From NCBI RefSeq assembly GCF_009914755.1, contig NC_060931.1: a stretch of 64,000 bases of DNA; one strand, written 5' to 3'. The stretch is from the human T2T-CHM13v2.0 reference genome, Homo sapiens. A program made the translations under genes and the position numbers. A model generated the notes under the pieces. The model saw nothing but the letters and a program-made list of their open reading frames with translations. It did not search any database and was not told the origin of the DNA. Positions 40,513-58,168 of this stretch are shown one piece after another. Within the stretch, counting starts at the first letter, position 1; every line of letters begins with the position of its first letter.

Positions 40513-41581
40513 GAAAATGGTTCAATATGAGAAGACGGATACATTCCTAGGAAGTAGCCAATGGCCTGACCATCTGGAAGGGGGTCCCTAAAGGAAAATG
40601 ACTGAAAAATAGGAGACAAGGAGTTCAAGGTAGAGGCATGTGGATAGAAAATGTGAAGATTTTCATATCACATGTTAATGCCCTCCAGAAATTATCTGCC
40701 ATAGAAGAAGTTCTGAATAACCAATTTTGCAGAATAACTACCATTTGAGGTTAGCCAGTCTTCACCATTGGCCAGCTCAAAATGTTTGTGATGGGAACAT
40801 GAATGGAATGGCCATGGAGGCAGAGACAGATGCTAGGAATAGACCCACAGGCATGTATTCACACTTACTGTGGCTGCTTCAGCTGCTGTTGCCTCTAAAT
40901 GTCTAATTGGTCAGAAACAGAAACAACCACTGAGACCATGATACAGCACTGTCCCTTGAGAAGACCAACTAGCATTTGGCGGTAAGTTGACTAAATTGCC
41001 TCCCTTCAATCCTGGAAGTGTTAGTGGTTTAATCTCACAGAGATGGATATTTATTCTTGATATAGGTTTGCCTTTTCTGTTTGCAGCACCTCAGCCAGCA
41101 CTGTGATCTAGGAACTTACGGACTTCCTGATCCACAAGCATGAAATCTCATACAGTATAGCATTTGTGCTCCTACTTTAAAATGAAAAAGATATGTGAGT
41201 GAGTTCATGACCATGGAATCCGCTGGTCATATCACCTGCTACGTGGATGTTGGGACAGTCTTCCAAGGCACAATTGAAATGCAAGTTTGAAGGCAACACT
41301 GAGAAGATAGCATGTTACCCTTCAGAATGCAGTTTATTAAATCAAGGACCTCTATAGGGCAATATTTCCCTAAAAGGAAAGATACACGTGTCTGGGAACC
41401 GAGGAGTAGAAGGAGGAATGGTCCTACTCTTCATCTTCCCAAATCACTTGGGGCACTTTGTGGCTCCTGTTCCTGCAATTCTGGGTTCTGCAGGATTGCA
41501 CATTCTAGTCCCCAAACAGGACACATTCTTGCAAAGAGATTCACAGCAAGGGCTCAATGGAATTAAAAGTTATGTCCTCTT

Positions 41582-41896
41582 GGCCGGGCGCGGTGGCTCA
41601 CGCCTGTAATCCCAGCACTTTGAGAGGCTGAGGGCGGGTGGATCACGAGGTCAGGAGACAGAGACCATCCTGGCTAACACGGTGAAACCCCGTCTCTACT
41701 AAAAATACAAAAAAATTAGCCAGCTATGGTGGCGGGCGCCTGTAGTCCCAGCTACTCGGGAGGATTGAGGCAGGAGAATGGCGTGGACCCAGGAGGCGGA
41801 GGCTGCAGTAAGCCAAGATTGAGCCACTGCACTCCAGCCTGGGCGACAGGGCAAGACTCTGTCTCCAAAAAAAAAAAAAAAAAAAAAGAAAGAAAA
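41582..41896 (+). mobile_element. AluY
   Basis: Y diagnostics gaccatcctggctaacacggtg, gaatggcgtg; 17-bp TSD aaaagttatgtc(c/t)tctt. Confidence 0.97.
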
Positions 41897-42635
41897 AAAA
41901 GTTATGTCTTCTTTGAGGATGCTTTGGACTCTTAGTGCCCAGGGACCATCAGGCGAAAGAAAGAGTCACCATATTCCTGGGACGATTGACCCCAGTCATC
42001 ATGAGGAGGCACTGAATGTGAGTAGGGAGGCATGCACATGAAACCCAAGTGATTCCTGGGATTCTTCCTGCTGTACCCTGTTCCACTGTAACTGTGAATA
42101 GATGTGGGCAGCAACTCTGAATTGAGAAGGATATTACTGCCAAATATTCAGAACCTTCAGGTGTGAAGACTTGCATCCCCGAACCAGGTAATCCTTTAAG
42201 ATCTTCGGCAAAGCTGAAGGAATTCAGAGTGGAAAGTGCAGGAGGGTGAGGAGGAGTTCCAAGACAGTTTGCAGTGACAGCGGCTTTAGTTCATCCTACT
42301 TTCCTTCTTCTGAGCTTTTCTTTGGGAAGAATGGCTCTTGGAAAACTGGTGAACTGTTCCCCAAAGCTGTGAGAAGTACACTTTGTACAGTGTGAGGTAT
42401 AGTACAGTGTGAGGTATAGATTATGACAGCCCCAAGGATGTGCCTCCAGATCTCCTACTCCAGGGAGCACAATTGACCCAGCACCCCAAAAGTTGTGATT
42501 AGAAAACTATCACCACATTTATGCTGATGCTCTTCCTAGCTAATGACTAAGTGCAGTGGAATGCTAAAGTAGACCCATTCTTGAGATACAAGGGACTCCT
42601 TTATTTGCCTACTTTGGCTCCAGGAGTGCCTATAG

Positions 42636-43013
<378 letters not shown>

Positions 43014-44151
43014 TCTTCTCACTCTTTCCTTCACTTAAGGTCAGACTTTCAGCCTCTCCCAGCCTCTTTCAGCTCCCCTGCTTGTTTCTTTTACGTAGGC
43101 ATTTTCCCCATTACAATTCTTGCACGTTTAATCCTATCTTTATGTCTGCATCTCAGAGAACCTGGACTAACATAGCACTCTATGTTTGTTCAAAATTTTG
43201 AGAAAAGAAGACTCACCAGTAGAGTTGGGTTGAATGTTATTTTGAATTATCTTAGTAGGTATTGAAGGTGTAAGTAGACAATCTCTTTAACAGAATTCTG
43301 TTTCTTGTTATCCATGAGCTTCCATCTCATTGTTTATTAAAGAAATCAGTCAAATTGGGCCCATTCAAAGAAGAGTGTCACTCTCATTTTAACAAGTTCC
43401 TAAAATAAATTGGTGCAGGGCATTGTACTGATAGATTCCAAAGTAGCATCTGCTGTGCAGAAGGATTGATTCAGTGCCTGAATGCTGCACTGGGAGTCTG
43501 TAAAACACGGGCTTCATACATCGTGTGAGGTATGGCATTTTCTTCGCAAGTGTTCTTTGTTTCATGAAGGAAGCCTGGAAAGTCCATTTGAGGAAAATTG
43601 GTTACTGCCCTCCTCCAGTCACTTATTCTGTGGGACATTGTTTTCTCCAGGTAATACCTAGCTTTTCTACCTGTCCTAGTGGAAATGCTGACTAAACTTT
43701 TCTGTTCATACCTGTGATACCGCTAGTTAAGCCCTGTTTTAACTTCACCATAAACTGGAATTAAAGTTCAGTGAAATGAAACTTTCACCTAAATGTGCAT
43801 CAGTTCTTCAAAAATGTAAAGTATTTCTTATGAAAAAACTTAGTTGTACCTATATTCTATAGTCTCTGAATTCCCTTAGCTAAAGATCTTTGAGTTTCTG
43901 TGTCTCAAAGTGTGTATTTAAATCTATTTCTTCTATTGATGTAAGGCTTATGATTTTATTAGCTTGGGTAATAACCACAGATGGTTTCTGACTATTGTCA
44001 AGACTGTTATACGTTCATGAATGTAGAAGGAAAAAAGCAAATGCATTTATAGTCTAAAAGATTTAGGTTACCTAATTCTTGCTTTGGGCAAGTCATAAAA
44101 CAGAAAATATAAACAAATGATGATAATTTAGTAATAACAGCATAAAGTAGC

Positions 44152-44560
44152 TGTATTAGTTTTCTGTTGCTGCTTTAACAGAGCGCCACTAACTTAGTGG
44201 TTTAAAGCCACACAAACTTATTATCTTACGGTTCTGGAGGTTAGAAGGCTAAAAAGGGTCTGCAGGGCTGTATTCTTTCTGAGATTTCAGGGGAGAATCC
44301 ATTTCCTGGCCTTTTGAGAATCCTAGAAGCTGCCTGCATTTCTTGGCCTATGACCCCATCTCCATCTGCAAGGCCAAGAGCTCCCTCTTAAAATAACATT
44401 TGTGATTATATTGGGGAAGCCTGGATAACCCAGAATGATTTTCTCATCTCAAGATCCTTAATTTAACCACATTTGCAAAGTCTCTTTTGCCATACAAGGT
44501 AACATATTTACCGCTCTTGGTGATTGGAACAAGGACATTTTTGGGGGACTATTGTCCTAC
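44152..44560 (-). mobile_element. MLT1C-like LTR
   Basis: tgtattagttttctgttgctgct...acttagtggtttaaa...gttctggaggttagaa...catctcaagatccttaa. Confidence 0.85.
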
Positions 44561-46699
44561 TTAATATTGTTAATATTAACAACAAATGGAACGTAAAACA
44601 ACGAGTAAAAAAAAATCCAGGCACACCACATTTGGCTTATTAGAGCATAAATGTACCAATGATATCTTTCAGCATTTTTAGTTAAATTATTTTAGAAGTG
44701 TATTCAATAATATGGAAATTGAAAAGCCTTTGTAGTATTTTCCTAAGTGAGAAAAAAAGTTATACTTCATTATATACCCCAGTTTGTCAATATGACCCCA
44801 GTTTTTCAAATTAACGTATTACATTTATATATAGACACAGGTAAAGACAGAATGGATTTAAAGCAAAATGCTAACTCTTCACATTTGAGTAATAGAATTT
44901 GGGTAATTTTAATTTTTGTGGATATGCTTCCCGATATTTCTCATTTTCTAAGTTCAACATGTATTGTTATAATAAAAAAAGTTCTTAGATATTTTAGTGA
45001 TCTTCATGCTTGAAGGATAAAAATTTTTTAGGGGGGTGCTTTGATGATGTTAAGTATACTAATCAGAGCTTCTAAGACTATAAAGCAGGAATGGATGGAC
45101 AATAGCATTTTAATTGCAACCATTGAAAATACTTTTCAAACCTTTATTATTACTCAGAAATGTCCGACTTCTTATTCCTTTATTTTTGTATTATTAATTA
45201 CTTAAGCTTTTTACTTATGGAAAAACTGGAGGATTGTTTTGTATACCTACTTAATTAAACTCTTTTAATCTATATTAATATTATCAGCTATCATGCTGCC
45301 AGCTTTTAGTGTGTGTAATTACCATATTTCTAAAAACACATTGTTTAAAAATAAACCATGCAATTACACACACATGAAAGAAGTTTTCTGCGTCAAATAT
45401 TTGCATTGCTCCAGCAATTGTATTCCATAAGCTAACGAATGTTTAATTTGTCAGAAAGTTTGAGGAGTAATCAAAACAACCTATTCCTCTATTATACCAG
45501 TTAAATAAATATTTGTGTATTTAATACTTCTTTGTACCAAAACCCTAGAAGAACACTGTAAATACATAATACTGTTTTTCACAGTACTCCCAGACAGCCT
45601 AATTTTAGTAACCAGGAGACATCCTAGGCGTTGCCTTAAATTCATTCCATAGTTCATCAGCAGAGCTCCAACAATGGTCTTTCAAATTATTTTCCCCAGA
45701 AGTAGAATGCATATCATTTGACTAATAATATGAACTTGTAGGATGTTACAGTGATAATCATCTTTGTAGTGATTTTCCACAGAGGGCAAGAATTTCAAGT
45801 TATAGCCCCAAGAAATAGGTACACCAAATGACAATTTAACTACAGAATCAACTGAGCACATTCCTTCAGTGATTGTTAACATTCTACAGACTGTTTAGCA
45901 TTTCATATTCGCAAGTTTAAGAAGGAATAGTCTTTAACATGATAATGATAGGACGATATTCACTGAAATCCATCCAGGAGTCATGCACCACGACTTTTGT
46001 GTTCTTAGACTAGTCACTTACAGTGCTGGCCTTCAATTTTCTCATCCCCACTGGAGAGCAGAAGAGGGCTGTGAAGCCTTCAAATATCTAGGGGAGTCTT
46101 CAAGTGTCTCACAGAGAAGAGAGCTGAAATTTCAACTGGAAGTTCTTTTGACAATTAGGAAAGAAAGAGATGCTAAGTCTAGAGAGAAATGAGGTAACTA
46201 TCTCAAAAGAGGATTTGGAGAAATCTATCTGAGAGAAGAAAAAACCAAAGGGAAACCTGTTTTAAAATATATGCAGAGCCATCATTGAGCTGTGTTTTCC
46301 GGTGGGCTGGAGTAAGAGGGTCTGGAAAACATAACGAAGTGCCAGGCTGGGTGCCATACAGAGAGTGCAAATGGTATAGGTGTTTTGAAGCTAAAGAGAA
46401 GAAAATATTGTTTCCACAGACACTAGGACAACTCAAACTAACAGTGGAACAGGTTGTCATATATAGAGTGGAATGCTATCTGACATTGGAGTTTAAGAGG
46501 AAGCCAGAGGACCCTCCATCTGATACATTGCAGAAAAGATATTTAGATGGGGTGAAAGACTGGACTATAAGACATTTCAGGTTTAAAGAGTCTATTTCTC
46601 AATGATTAAAGAAACAGTATTTTATGAATGAAGATAAAAATATTTAGATCGTTAATTTTATTTAACCATTATTTTTAATTTATGGAATGACATTTGGGG

Positions 46700-47100
46700 A
46701 GTGGTGTTGGATGACCTTGTTTTAGTAAAGGTTTTGATTACTCCTAAATGTGTGACCTTGATTAAGTCACTTAAAGTCTCTAAGTTTCCTTAACTGTACT
46801 ATTTATTACCTATCACATTTTTGAGTGTGTTGTGATGTCAAATTAAAAAATAAACATGAAAAACCTGCATGTGAAACCCCTTTGCATCACTTAAAGCCCA
46901 AAACAATTATTTACTTGCTATTATTATTATCCCTATTTTAATCTTTTTTATTGATAATATAATAGGAACCTTCTCCATTCTCATATCTACTCTAAAAGTA
47001 TTATTCATCCCTACTTTACAATGTAAAAATTAGACTAACTGCAGGTTAAATTATTAGTCATAGCTAAACTCAGAATAGGGCACAGATTTTCTTCTTAGCA
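46700..47100. mobile_element. Two MIR fragments in opposite orientation
   Basis: tgtgtgaccttgattaagtcacttaa (+); ctactttacaatgtaaaaattagact (-). Confidence 0.55.
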
Positions 47101-48863
47101 TAGAAATGAAGATGCTCTTTTCAGGTAAAGGACACATTGCTAAGAGCTTCTTCATTTCAACTTGCTGTGCTTGAAATTGGTGTTCGCGGTTACTGGTGTC
47201 TGATGTGGAATTTGATCAGCTAATGGATGAAAGCTGAAAAATGACAGAAGAAGTAATGGGGCTGAAACTAAGGTATACTTCACAGAGACAAGGGAGAGAG
47301 TATTTGTAAATTGCACAAGATAGTCTAGCTCCTGAGTAATCTTGACTGAGCACACTAACTTACTTGATGAGCAATAATGGGATGGGGAATCACTTAATTT
47401 GACATAGATTTTTTTCTATCAGACTTTAAGCTGTCTCTCATTATGTCTCTTGGAAAGGTCATACTTTCAATTTTCCCAGTGGGTAAAGGAAAAAATTGCC
47501 TTTCATTAACTTCAGACATTTTTCTCTTTATTTTTTGTGAAAGACTGAAAGTTTCGGAATGAAAGTAAAAGACACATTCTATTATTCCTGGCTGTAGGAA
47601 GTAGAAGAAAATAGAAGGCAGAAGGAACAGATAAACTCAAAAGAGATGATCCAATTCCTGCCAAAAGAAGCAAATATATATATATTCATATATATATGAA
47701 TGAAACATTACTGAGTTGTCAAGAATACTTACCACTTGAAAACTGCAATCATCATTATTAAAGGATTGTAGAAAGTCAAAGGGTCTGATGCACTCAACTG
47801 ACCACTGAGATGTGGTCAGCTCAGAGAAGTCTGGGTTGTATTGTTTCTGAGCTAACACACACAAATACAAGAAATGGTTCCATTTCCTAAACCACTGTGA
47901 TTCATGGTTGATGAATTTGCCTTTCTCAAAAAATGAAAACAACTCTCACAATTGAGGTTAATGGAAAATATAATTCTTAAAGGTTTTGTGTGGGATTATT
48001 CTCATAACATTGTCATAGCACTTACGTTTTTTAGTATTAATTGAAAAGGTAAATTGAATGGTAATTGAAAAGGAAACATATGAGTCACAAAAGGAAGAAT
48101 GTTGAAAGGAGTATTGTGATTGGTGGAAATGATGTTTTTAAAGCAGAAATGTCAAAAGTTGATCAGTTTATTTAATAATCATTATTGTAATAAATGACTT
48201 TTATATAATGGGCAATTGCTTTGGCCAGGAATATCAAAATGTTTTCTGGATGGAAATGCAATATGTAGCAAATTTTGTCATTGTACTAACATTTGGTCAT
48301 GAGAATGACAAAACTATAAACCAAGATAATTGACTTATACAAAGCATATGTATCAGCAAACTCAAGGAATGGATAAAAGTAAAGAAAGATCATCAGGAAA
48401 GGAGGTTGCATCCATAGTCACGTCTTTTTATTTTTCTAGAACCAAAAGGCCTCCAAGCAATACTTCTCTATTTTATATTTCGTTTTAACTTTCTCTGACC
48501 TCCTATGGATACTGATGAACTTCTGAAAAATTTTGGAGAAAATACTGGAGCTCTAATTTGACCAAGACAGTGGAGAATATTCCAGTTCTATTTCTCATCT
48601 TGTGTCTCCTTATGTTGTCATAAGTTCGTGTCTTGATCTGTTTAAATAACTCTCCAAGATATATTAAGATGCTTAAATTAATCATCAGCTGGAAAGCACC
48701 TCTGATATGCAGGTAGCATGACAAGGTGGCTATAACCTTAGACCTGGAGATTAATGTTGCTAACATGTATGTAGCAAACAAAAAATAATCCAGGTCCTAT
48801 AGTCTGCAAAAAGGGTGAAATATTCCATTTTTTCTATTTCCTTCTTCGACCAAAATGTGTATG

Positions 48864-48901
<38 letters not shown>

Positions 48902-50116
48902 CTGTATATATATCTACATGTATCTGTATATATCTGTAAATATCTATATATATCTATATAGATCTACATAGATATATATAGATCTATCTAGATAGATAGA
49001 TATAGATATATATCTATATGGATAGATAGATATAGATATATATCTATATGGATAGATAGATATAGATATATATCTATATGGATAGATAGATATAGATATA
49101 TATCTATATGGATAGATAGATATAGATATATATCTATATGGATAGATAGATATAGATATATATCTATATGGATAGATATAGATATATATCTATGTGGATA
49201 GATATAGATATATATCTATGTGGATATAGATATATATCTATGTGGATAGATATCGATATATATCTATGTGGATAGATAGATATCGATATATATCTATGTG
49301 GATAGATAGATATAGATATATATCTATGTGGATAGATAGATATAGATATATATCTATGTGGATAGATAGATATAGATATATATCTATGTGGATAGATAGA
49401 TATAGATATATATCTATGTGGATAGATAGATATAGATATATATCTATGTGGATAGATAGATATAGATATATATCTATGTGGATAGATAGATATAGATATA
49501 TATCTATGTGGATAGATAGATATAGATATATATCTATGTGGATAGATAGATATAGATATATATCTATGTGGATAGATAGATATAGATATATATCTATGTG
49601 GATAGATAGATATAGATATATATCTATGTGGATAGATAGATATAGATATATATCTATGTGGATAGATAGATATAGATATATATCTATGTGGATAGATAGA
49701 TATAGATATATATCTATGTGGATAGATAGATATAGATATATATCTATGTGGATAGATAGATATAGATATATATCTATGTGGATAGATAGATATAGATATA
49801 TATCTATGTGGATAGATAGATATAGATATATATCTATGTGGATAGATAGATATAGATATATATCTATGTGGATAGATAGATATAGATATATATCTATGTG
49901 GATAGATAGATATAGATATATATCTATGTGGATAGATAGATATAGATATATATCTATGTGGATAGATAGATATAGATATATATCTATATGGATAGATATA
50001 GATATATATCTATATGGATAGATATAGATATATATCTATATGGATAGATATAGATATATATCTATATGGATAGATATATCTATCTATCTAGATAGATAGA
50101 TAGATATACACACACC
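48864..50116. repeat. (CT)n(TA)n microsatellite followed by a 30-bp minisatellite (VNTR), ~37 units, 48991-50068
   Basis: Unit gatagatagatatagatatatatctat(g/a)tg; 22 identical consecutive units at 49301-49960; 22- and 26-bp variant units. Confidence 0.98.
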
Positions 50117-50692
50117 CATATATACATAATATGGATTGGTTGCATCAATACCTGTATTTTCTTTTGATGTGCAGAACTATGAAGAGGAGGCATTACTAGA
50201 TAGGTATGACCACTAGTGCAATTTATAATTCAAACAATACTTGAAAACTATTTTCATAAATTTATTATTTTATTACCACAAATAAATGTATTCCTGTTCA
50301 CAACATCCAGAAATGAATTTGAGCACAGTCCATTATGAGAAAGAGAGCAGATTTTTGACTAGCTGATACAGATGCAAATGGAGCCACATAGGTGAGCAAA
50401 ATTACTTTACATCAAGTTGCCTTACTGTTAGATACAGTCAGTCTCCTATAAGGATATCCTCTTTCTCTAGTTTCTGCCCTCCTCTTCCTCCAGATTGTCA
50501 TCTGTCTTCTCTAGCCTTCTGATACTCTTATAGGGTCCAGTTTCATTCTGTGGGCAGTTTCACGGTCTCTGAGGTCAGGGTTACTGACAATTGCCATGTC
50601 AGAGACTGATAGGTTCTTACCATTCCTCAAAGAAAGAGGCTTCTTTTTTCCTAGTCTCTTCAGAATGGGTCATCTACAATATACATGCTCAG

Positions 50693-51000
50693 TTCCTTCC
50701 TTCCTTCCTTCCTTCCTTCCTTCCTTCCTTCCTTCCTTCCTTCCTGCCTTCATTCCTTCCTTCCTTCCTTCCCAGAATGGGCCATCTACCATATACATGT
50801 TCAATTCCTTCCTTCCTTCCTTCCTTCCTTCCTTCCTTCCTTCCTTCCTTCCTTCCTTCCTTCCTTCCCTCCCTCCCTCCCTCCCTCCCTTCTTTCCTTC
50901 CTTCCTTCCTTCCTCCTTCCTTCCTTCCTTCCTTCCTTCCTTCCTTCCTTCCTTCCTTCTCTCTCTTTCTTTCTTTCTCTTTCTTTCCTTCTTTCTTTCT
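50693..51000. repeat. (TTCC)n/(TCCC)n/(TTTC)n polypyrimidine tracts derived from an Alu tail
   Basis: Two TTCC blocks separated by a 32-bp unique spacer. Confidence 0.97.
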
Positions 51001-51278
51001 TGAGACAAAGTCTCACTCTGTCGCCCAGGCTGCAGTGCAGTGCTGCGATCTCGGCTTACTGTCAGCTCTGCCTCCCAGGTTCAAGAGATTCTGTCTCAGC
51101 CTCCCGAGGGGCTGGGATTTCAGACACTCGCCACCACACCCAGCTAATTTTTGTATTTTTAGTAGAGACAGATTTCACCATGTTGGTCAGGTTGGTCTCG
51201 AACTCCTGACCTCAGGTGATCCATCCCCTCTCCCTCCCAAAGTGCTGGGATTACAGGCATGAGCCACCACGCCTGGCC
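50999..51278 (-). mobile_element. AluS
   Basis: Antisense dimer; TSD acatgttcaatt at 50795-50806 and 51281-51292. Confidence 0.95.
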
Positions 51279-51929
51279 TCACATGTTCAATTTTATCTCA
51301 TGGCAACATGTTACGAAGCAAATGAAGTCTCTGTCTTACCAAAGACCCTCCTCATCACAGTAAGGAGTATATGGAAATAAAGGAGTCAGAGAGAACAGAG
51401 AAACTGATTATCCATTCTCTTGCTATCCCCTTACTCCAAAACATATTTGATTGGCATCTGCTTGAAGAGACTTTGGATGTCTTTCTAATACTGGCTTTTG
51501 AGTGACTTAGGCAAATTGTAGACTCCTTTTTGATATCAATTTGGAAATAAACTGCTATAATTTCTGTACTTTCTGAAGGGTGGAAAAACTGTGCTTATGT
51601 AATATTAAAAACATCCTGTCAATTCAGTTAAAAATTAGAATTGTTTGTTTTTACAATCAAAAGCTCTGATTTTATAAAATTGGGCTTCTAGTTTTATTTT
51701 AACTGCTTACTATCCAGGTTTTTCTGTTGCTTCTTTAAGATAACTGGGAAAACATTACTGTCCACTGATTTCACGAGGTTGTTGTGAAGAACAAATGAGA
51801 AAAATATAGGTAAAATTGCTTTGGAAAGTGCAAAAAAAATTATATAATGGTGAAAAGCATGTCCTTAAAATAAACCTTCAAATGAATTTTTCTTTTTTTA
51901 ATATATGTAGGTTGAACATAGGGGACAGT

Positions 51930-52445
51930 GCAGGCACTACCAGTAATGCAACCAGCATTTGATTTCTTGCTTTTCTGCTCTAAAAGAACTTTGATTTAGT
52001 TGGAATAGCAATGTGCCTAACATAAGACTCCTTTGCAGGTAAAAGCAGCCACATTTCATAGTTTTAACCAGAGAGGTATGGATAGAAGTTATTGGATAAG
52101 CTCTCTGGAAAATCTCTTTGAAAGAAGGACTAAACTCTACTAGTATGTAACTTTGTCCTGCTCTCTTCCTCCTTCTTCCTTCATGGGATGTGGATGCTTT
52201 GGTGTAGAATTAAAACAACTACTTTATGACCTTATGGTGACCTTAAAATTACAAACCACCAGAAAGAATAGAAGACTGGAAAGGCCTAGGGTGCTTGGGT
52301 CATTGATGACATCCTGGGGCTGAAGCATCAAGCCCTGAAATATCCAAATCCAAATTAGTCATGTTACATGGGAAACAAAAAATCCCTATCTTTTAAAATC
52401 ACGTATTTGTTATTCACAGTCAGGGTGTTTCTAACTAAACCAGTA
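51930..52445 (+). mobile_element. MLT1J-like LTR
   Basis: agcaatgtgcctaac...gactcctttgcagg...cattgatgacatc...ttctaactaaac. Confidence 0.6.
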
Positions 52446-53906
52446 TAATTATAGGATCTATACTTTCTACCAATTGATTTTAAGTACTCATATATCCAAT
52501 GATAATATTTGATAGTTCTACTGACATCTCATATAATCTTATATGTCCCACTGGCATTTCACATGCAGGGACTCTACAATTCAACTCATCCTTGTCACAG
52601 AAGTTTTTTTTTTCTTATCTTTTATTATTAAACTCAATGAAAGGCATCACTATTTCTCAGTCAATAAAGCAATTTTTGCTTTATTGGGTGTTAAACTTTT
52701 AAACCACCCTTGCATCCCCGGGGTAAATCCCACTTGATTATGATGAATGATTTTTTTAATGTGTTGTTAAATTCAGTTTGCTAGTATTTTGTTGAGGATT
52801 TTTGCATCGTTGTTCATCAGGGAGGTTAGTCTGTAGTTTTCTTTTTTTAATGTGGCTTCGTCTGGTGGTGTTATCAGGGTAATACTGGCCTCATAGAATG
52901 AGTTTGGAAGTATTCCCTCTTATTCCATTTTTTGGAATGATTTGAGGATTGGTATTAGTTCTTTAAATGTTTGGTAAAATTCAGCAGTGAAACTATCAAG
53001 TCCCAGGCTTTTCTTTGCTGGGATACTTTTTTAGTATGGCTTCAATTTTATTACATTTATTATTGGTCTGTTCAGGTTTGGATTGTTCATGGTTCAATTT
53101 TTGTAGGTTGTATGTCTAGGAATTTGTCCATTTCTTCTAGGTTTTCAAATTTGTTAGTATAGATTGTTAATGATACCCTCAAATATCATTTGAATTTCTA
53201 TGATATTATTGTAATATCTCCCTTTTCATCTCTGATTTTATTTATTTGGGTCTTCTTGCTTTTTTCTTTCTTAGTCTGGCTAAAGGTTTATCAGTTTTGT
53301 TTGTCTTTTCAAAAAATCAACCTTTGTTTTTGCCGATCTTTTGTATTGTTTTCTTCACTTTAATTTCATTTATTTCTGCTCTGATCTTTATTATTTCCTT
53401 TCTTCTCCTAATCTTTGGTTTGATTTGCTCTTCCTTTTCTAGTGTTTTAAGGTGCATCATTAGATTGTTTACTTGAAGTTTTTCTACATTTTTGATGTAG
53501 GCATTTAGAGCTATAAACTTTCCTCTTAGTACTGTCTTTGCTGTATCCAGTAGGTTTTGATATGTTGTGTTTTCATTATCATTTGTTTCCAGAAATTTTA
53601 AAATTTCATTCTTAATATCTTCATTGACCCATCATCATTGAGGAGCATATTGTTTAATTTCCATGTGTATATGTAGTTTCCAAAATTCCTCTTGTTTTTG
53701 ACTTCTAGTTTTATTCCATTGTGGTCAGAGAAGATGTTTGATATTGTTTCTTTTTTTTTTAATGTTTTAAGACTTGTTTTGTGACCTAACAGATGGTATA
53801 ATCTTGAGAAACATCCATATGCTAAGGAAAAGAATGTGTATTTTGCAGCCAAGGATGAAATGTTCTGTCAATATCTATTAGGTCTATTTGTTTATGGTGC
53901 AGATTA

Positions 53907-54227
<321 letters not shown>

Positions 54228-54435
54228 CTATGGTGCAGATTAAATCTGATGTTTCTTTGTTGATTTTCTGTCTGGAAGATCTGTCCAGCACTGAAAGTGG
54301 GATGTTGAAGTCTCCAGCAATTATTGTATGGGTGTCTAACTCTCTGTTTATCCCTAATAATATTGACTTTATATGTCTAGGTACTCCAGTGTTGGGTGCT
54401 ATATTTACAACTGTTACATCCTCTTGCTGAATTGA

Positions 54436-54836
<401 letters not shown>

Positions 54837-55567
54837 TAGGTGAAATATGTTTCATGTAGGCAACAGATTATTGGATCTTGTTTTTTTTTTTAATCCTTTC
54901 TGCCAGTCTGTGTCTCTTGATTGGAGAGTTTAGTCCATTTACATTTAATGTTATTTTTGATAAGTAAGAATTTACACATGCCATTTTGTTATTTGTTTTC
55001 TGGTTGTTTTGTGGTTTTCTCTTCCTTCTTTCCTATCTTCTTATTTTAGTGAAGGAGATTTTCTCTGGTGGTTTTATTCTCTTTTTATCTTTTGTGTATC
55101 CATTGTATGTTTTTTGATTTGAGGTTACCATGAGGCTTGCAAATAATATCTTGTAACCCATTATTTTGAACTGACAACAAATTAACACTGAATGCATAGA
55201 CAGACAAGCAAAGAGAAACCAATAAAACCTCTGTACCTTAACTTCTTCCAACTTTTTAACTTTTTTTATTTCTATTTATATATTTTTGTACTGTCTATGT
55301 CTTGAAAAGTTGTTCTAGTTATTATTTTTCATGGGTTTATCTTTTAGTCTTTCTACTCAAGATATGAGTAGTTCACACACCACAATTACAGTGTTATAAT
55401 ATTCTGTGTTTTTACATGTACTTTCTATTACCAATGAGTTTTGAACCTTCAAATGATTCCTCGTTTCTCAGTAACATTCTTTTCTTTCAGATTAAAGAAC
55501 TCCCTTTAGTATTTCTTGTACAATGGGTCTGGTGTTGATGAAATCCCTCAGCTTTTGTTTGTCTTTG

Positions 55568-58168
<2,601 letters not shown>

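Noticed and set aside
49242-50021. 259-aa ORF of (MWIDRYRYIS)n
   Set aside because: By-product of a stop-free frame in a 30-bp repeat; it starts at GTG and has no gene context
48991-50068. CRISPR-like array
   Set aside because: Head-to-tail units with no unique spacers; human DNA; no cas genes
50591-51262. PSFL/RKEG-repeat ORFs on both strands
   Set aside because: Translations of (TTCC)n plus Alu sequence
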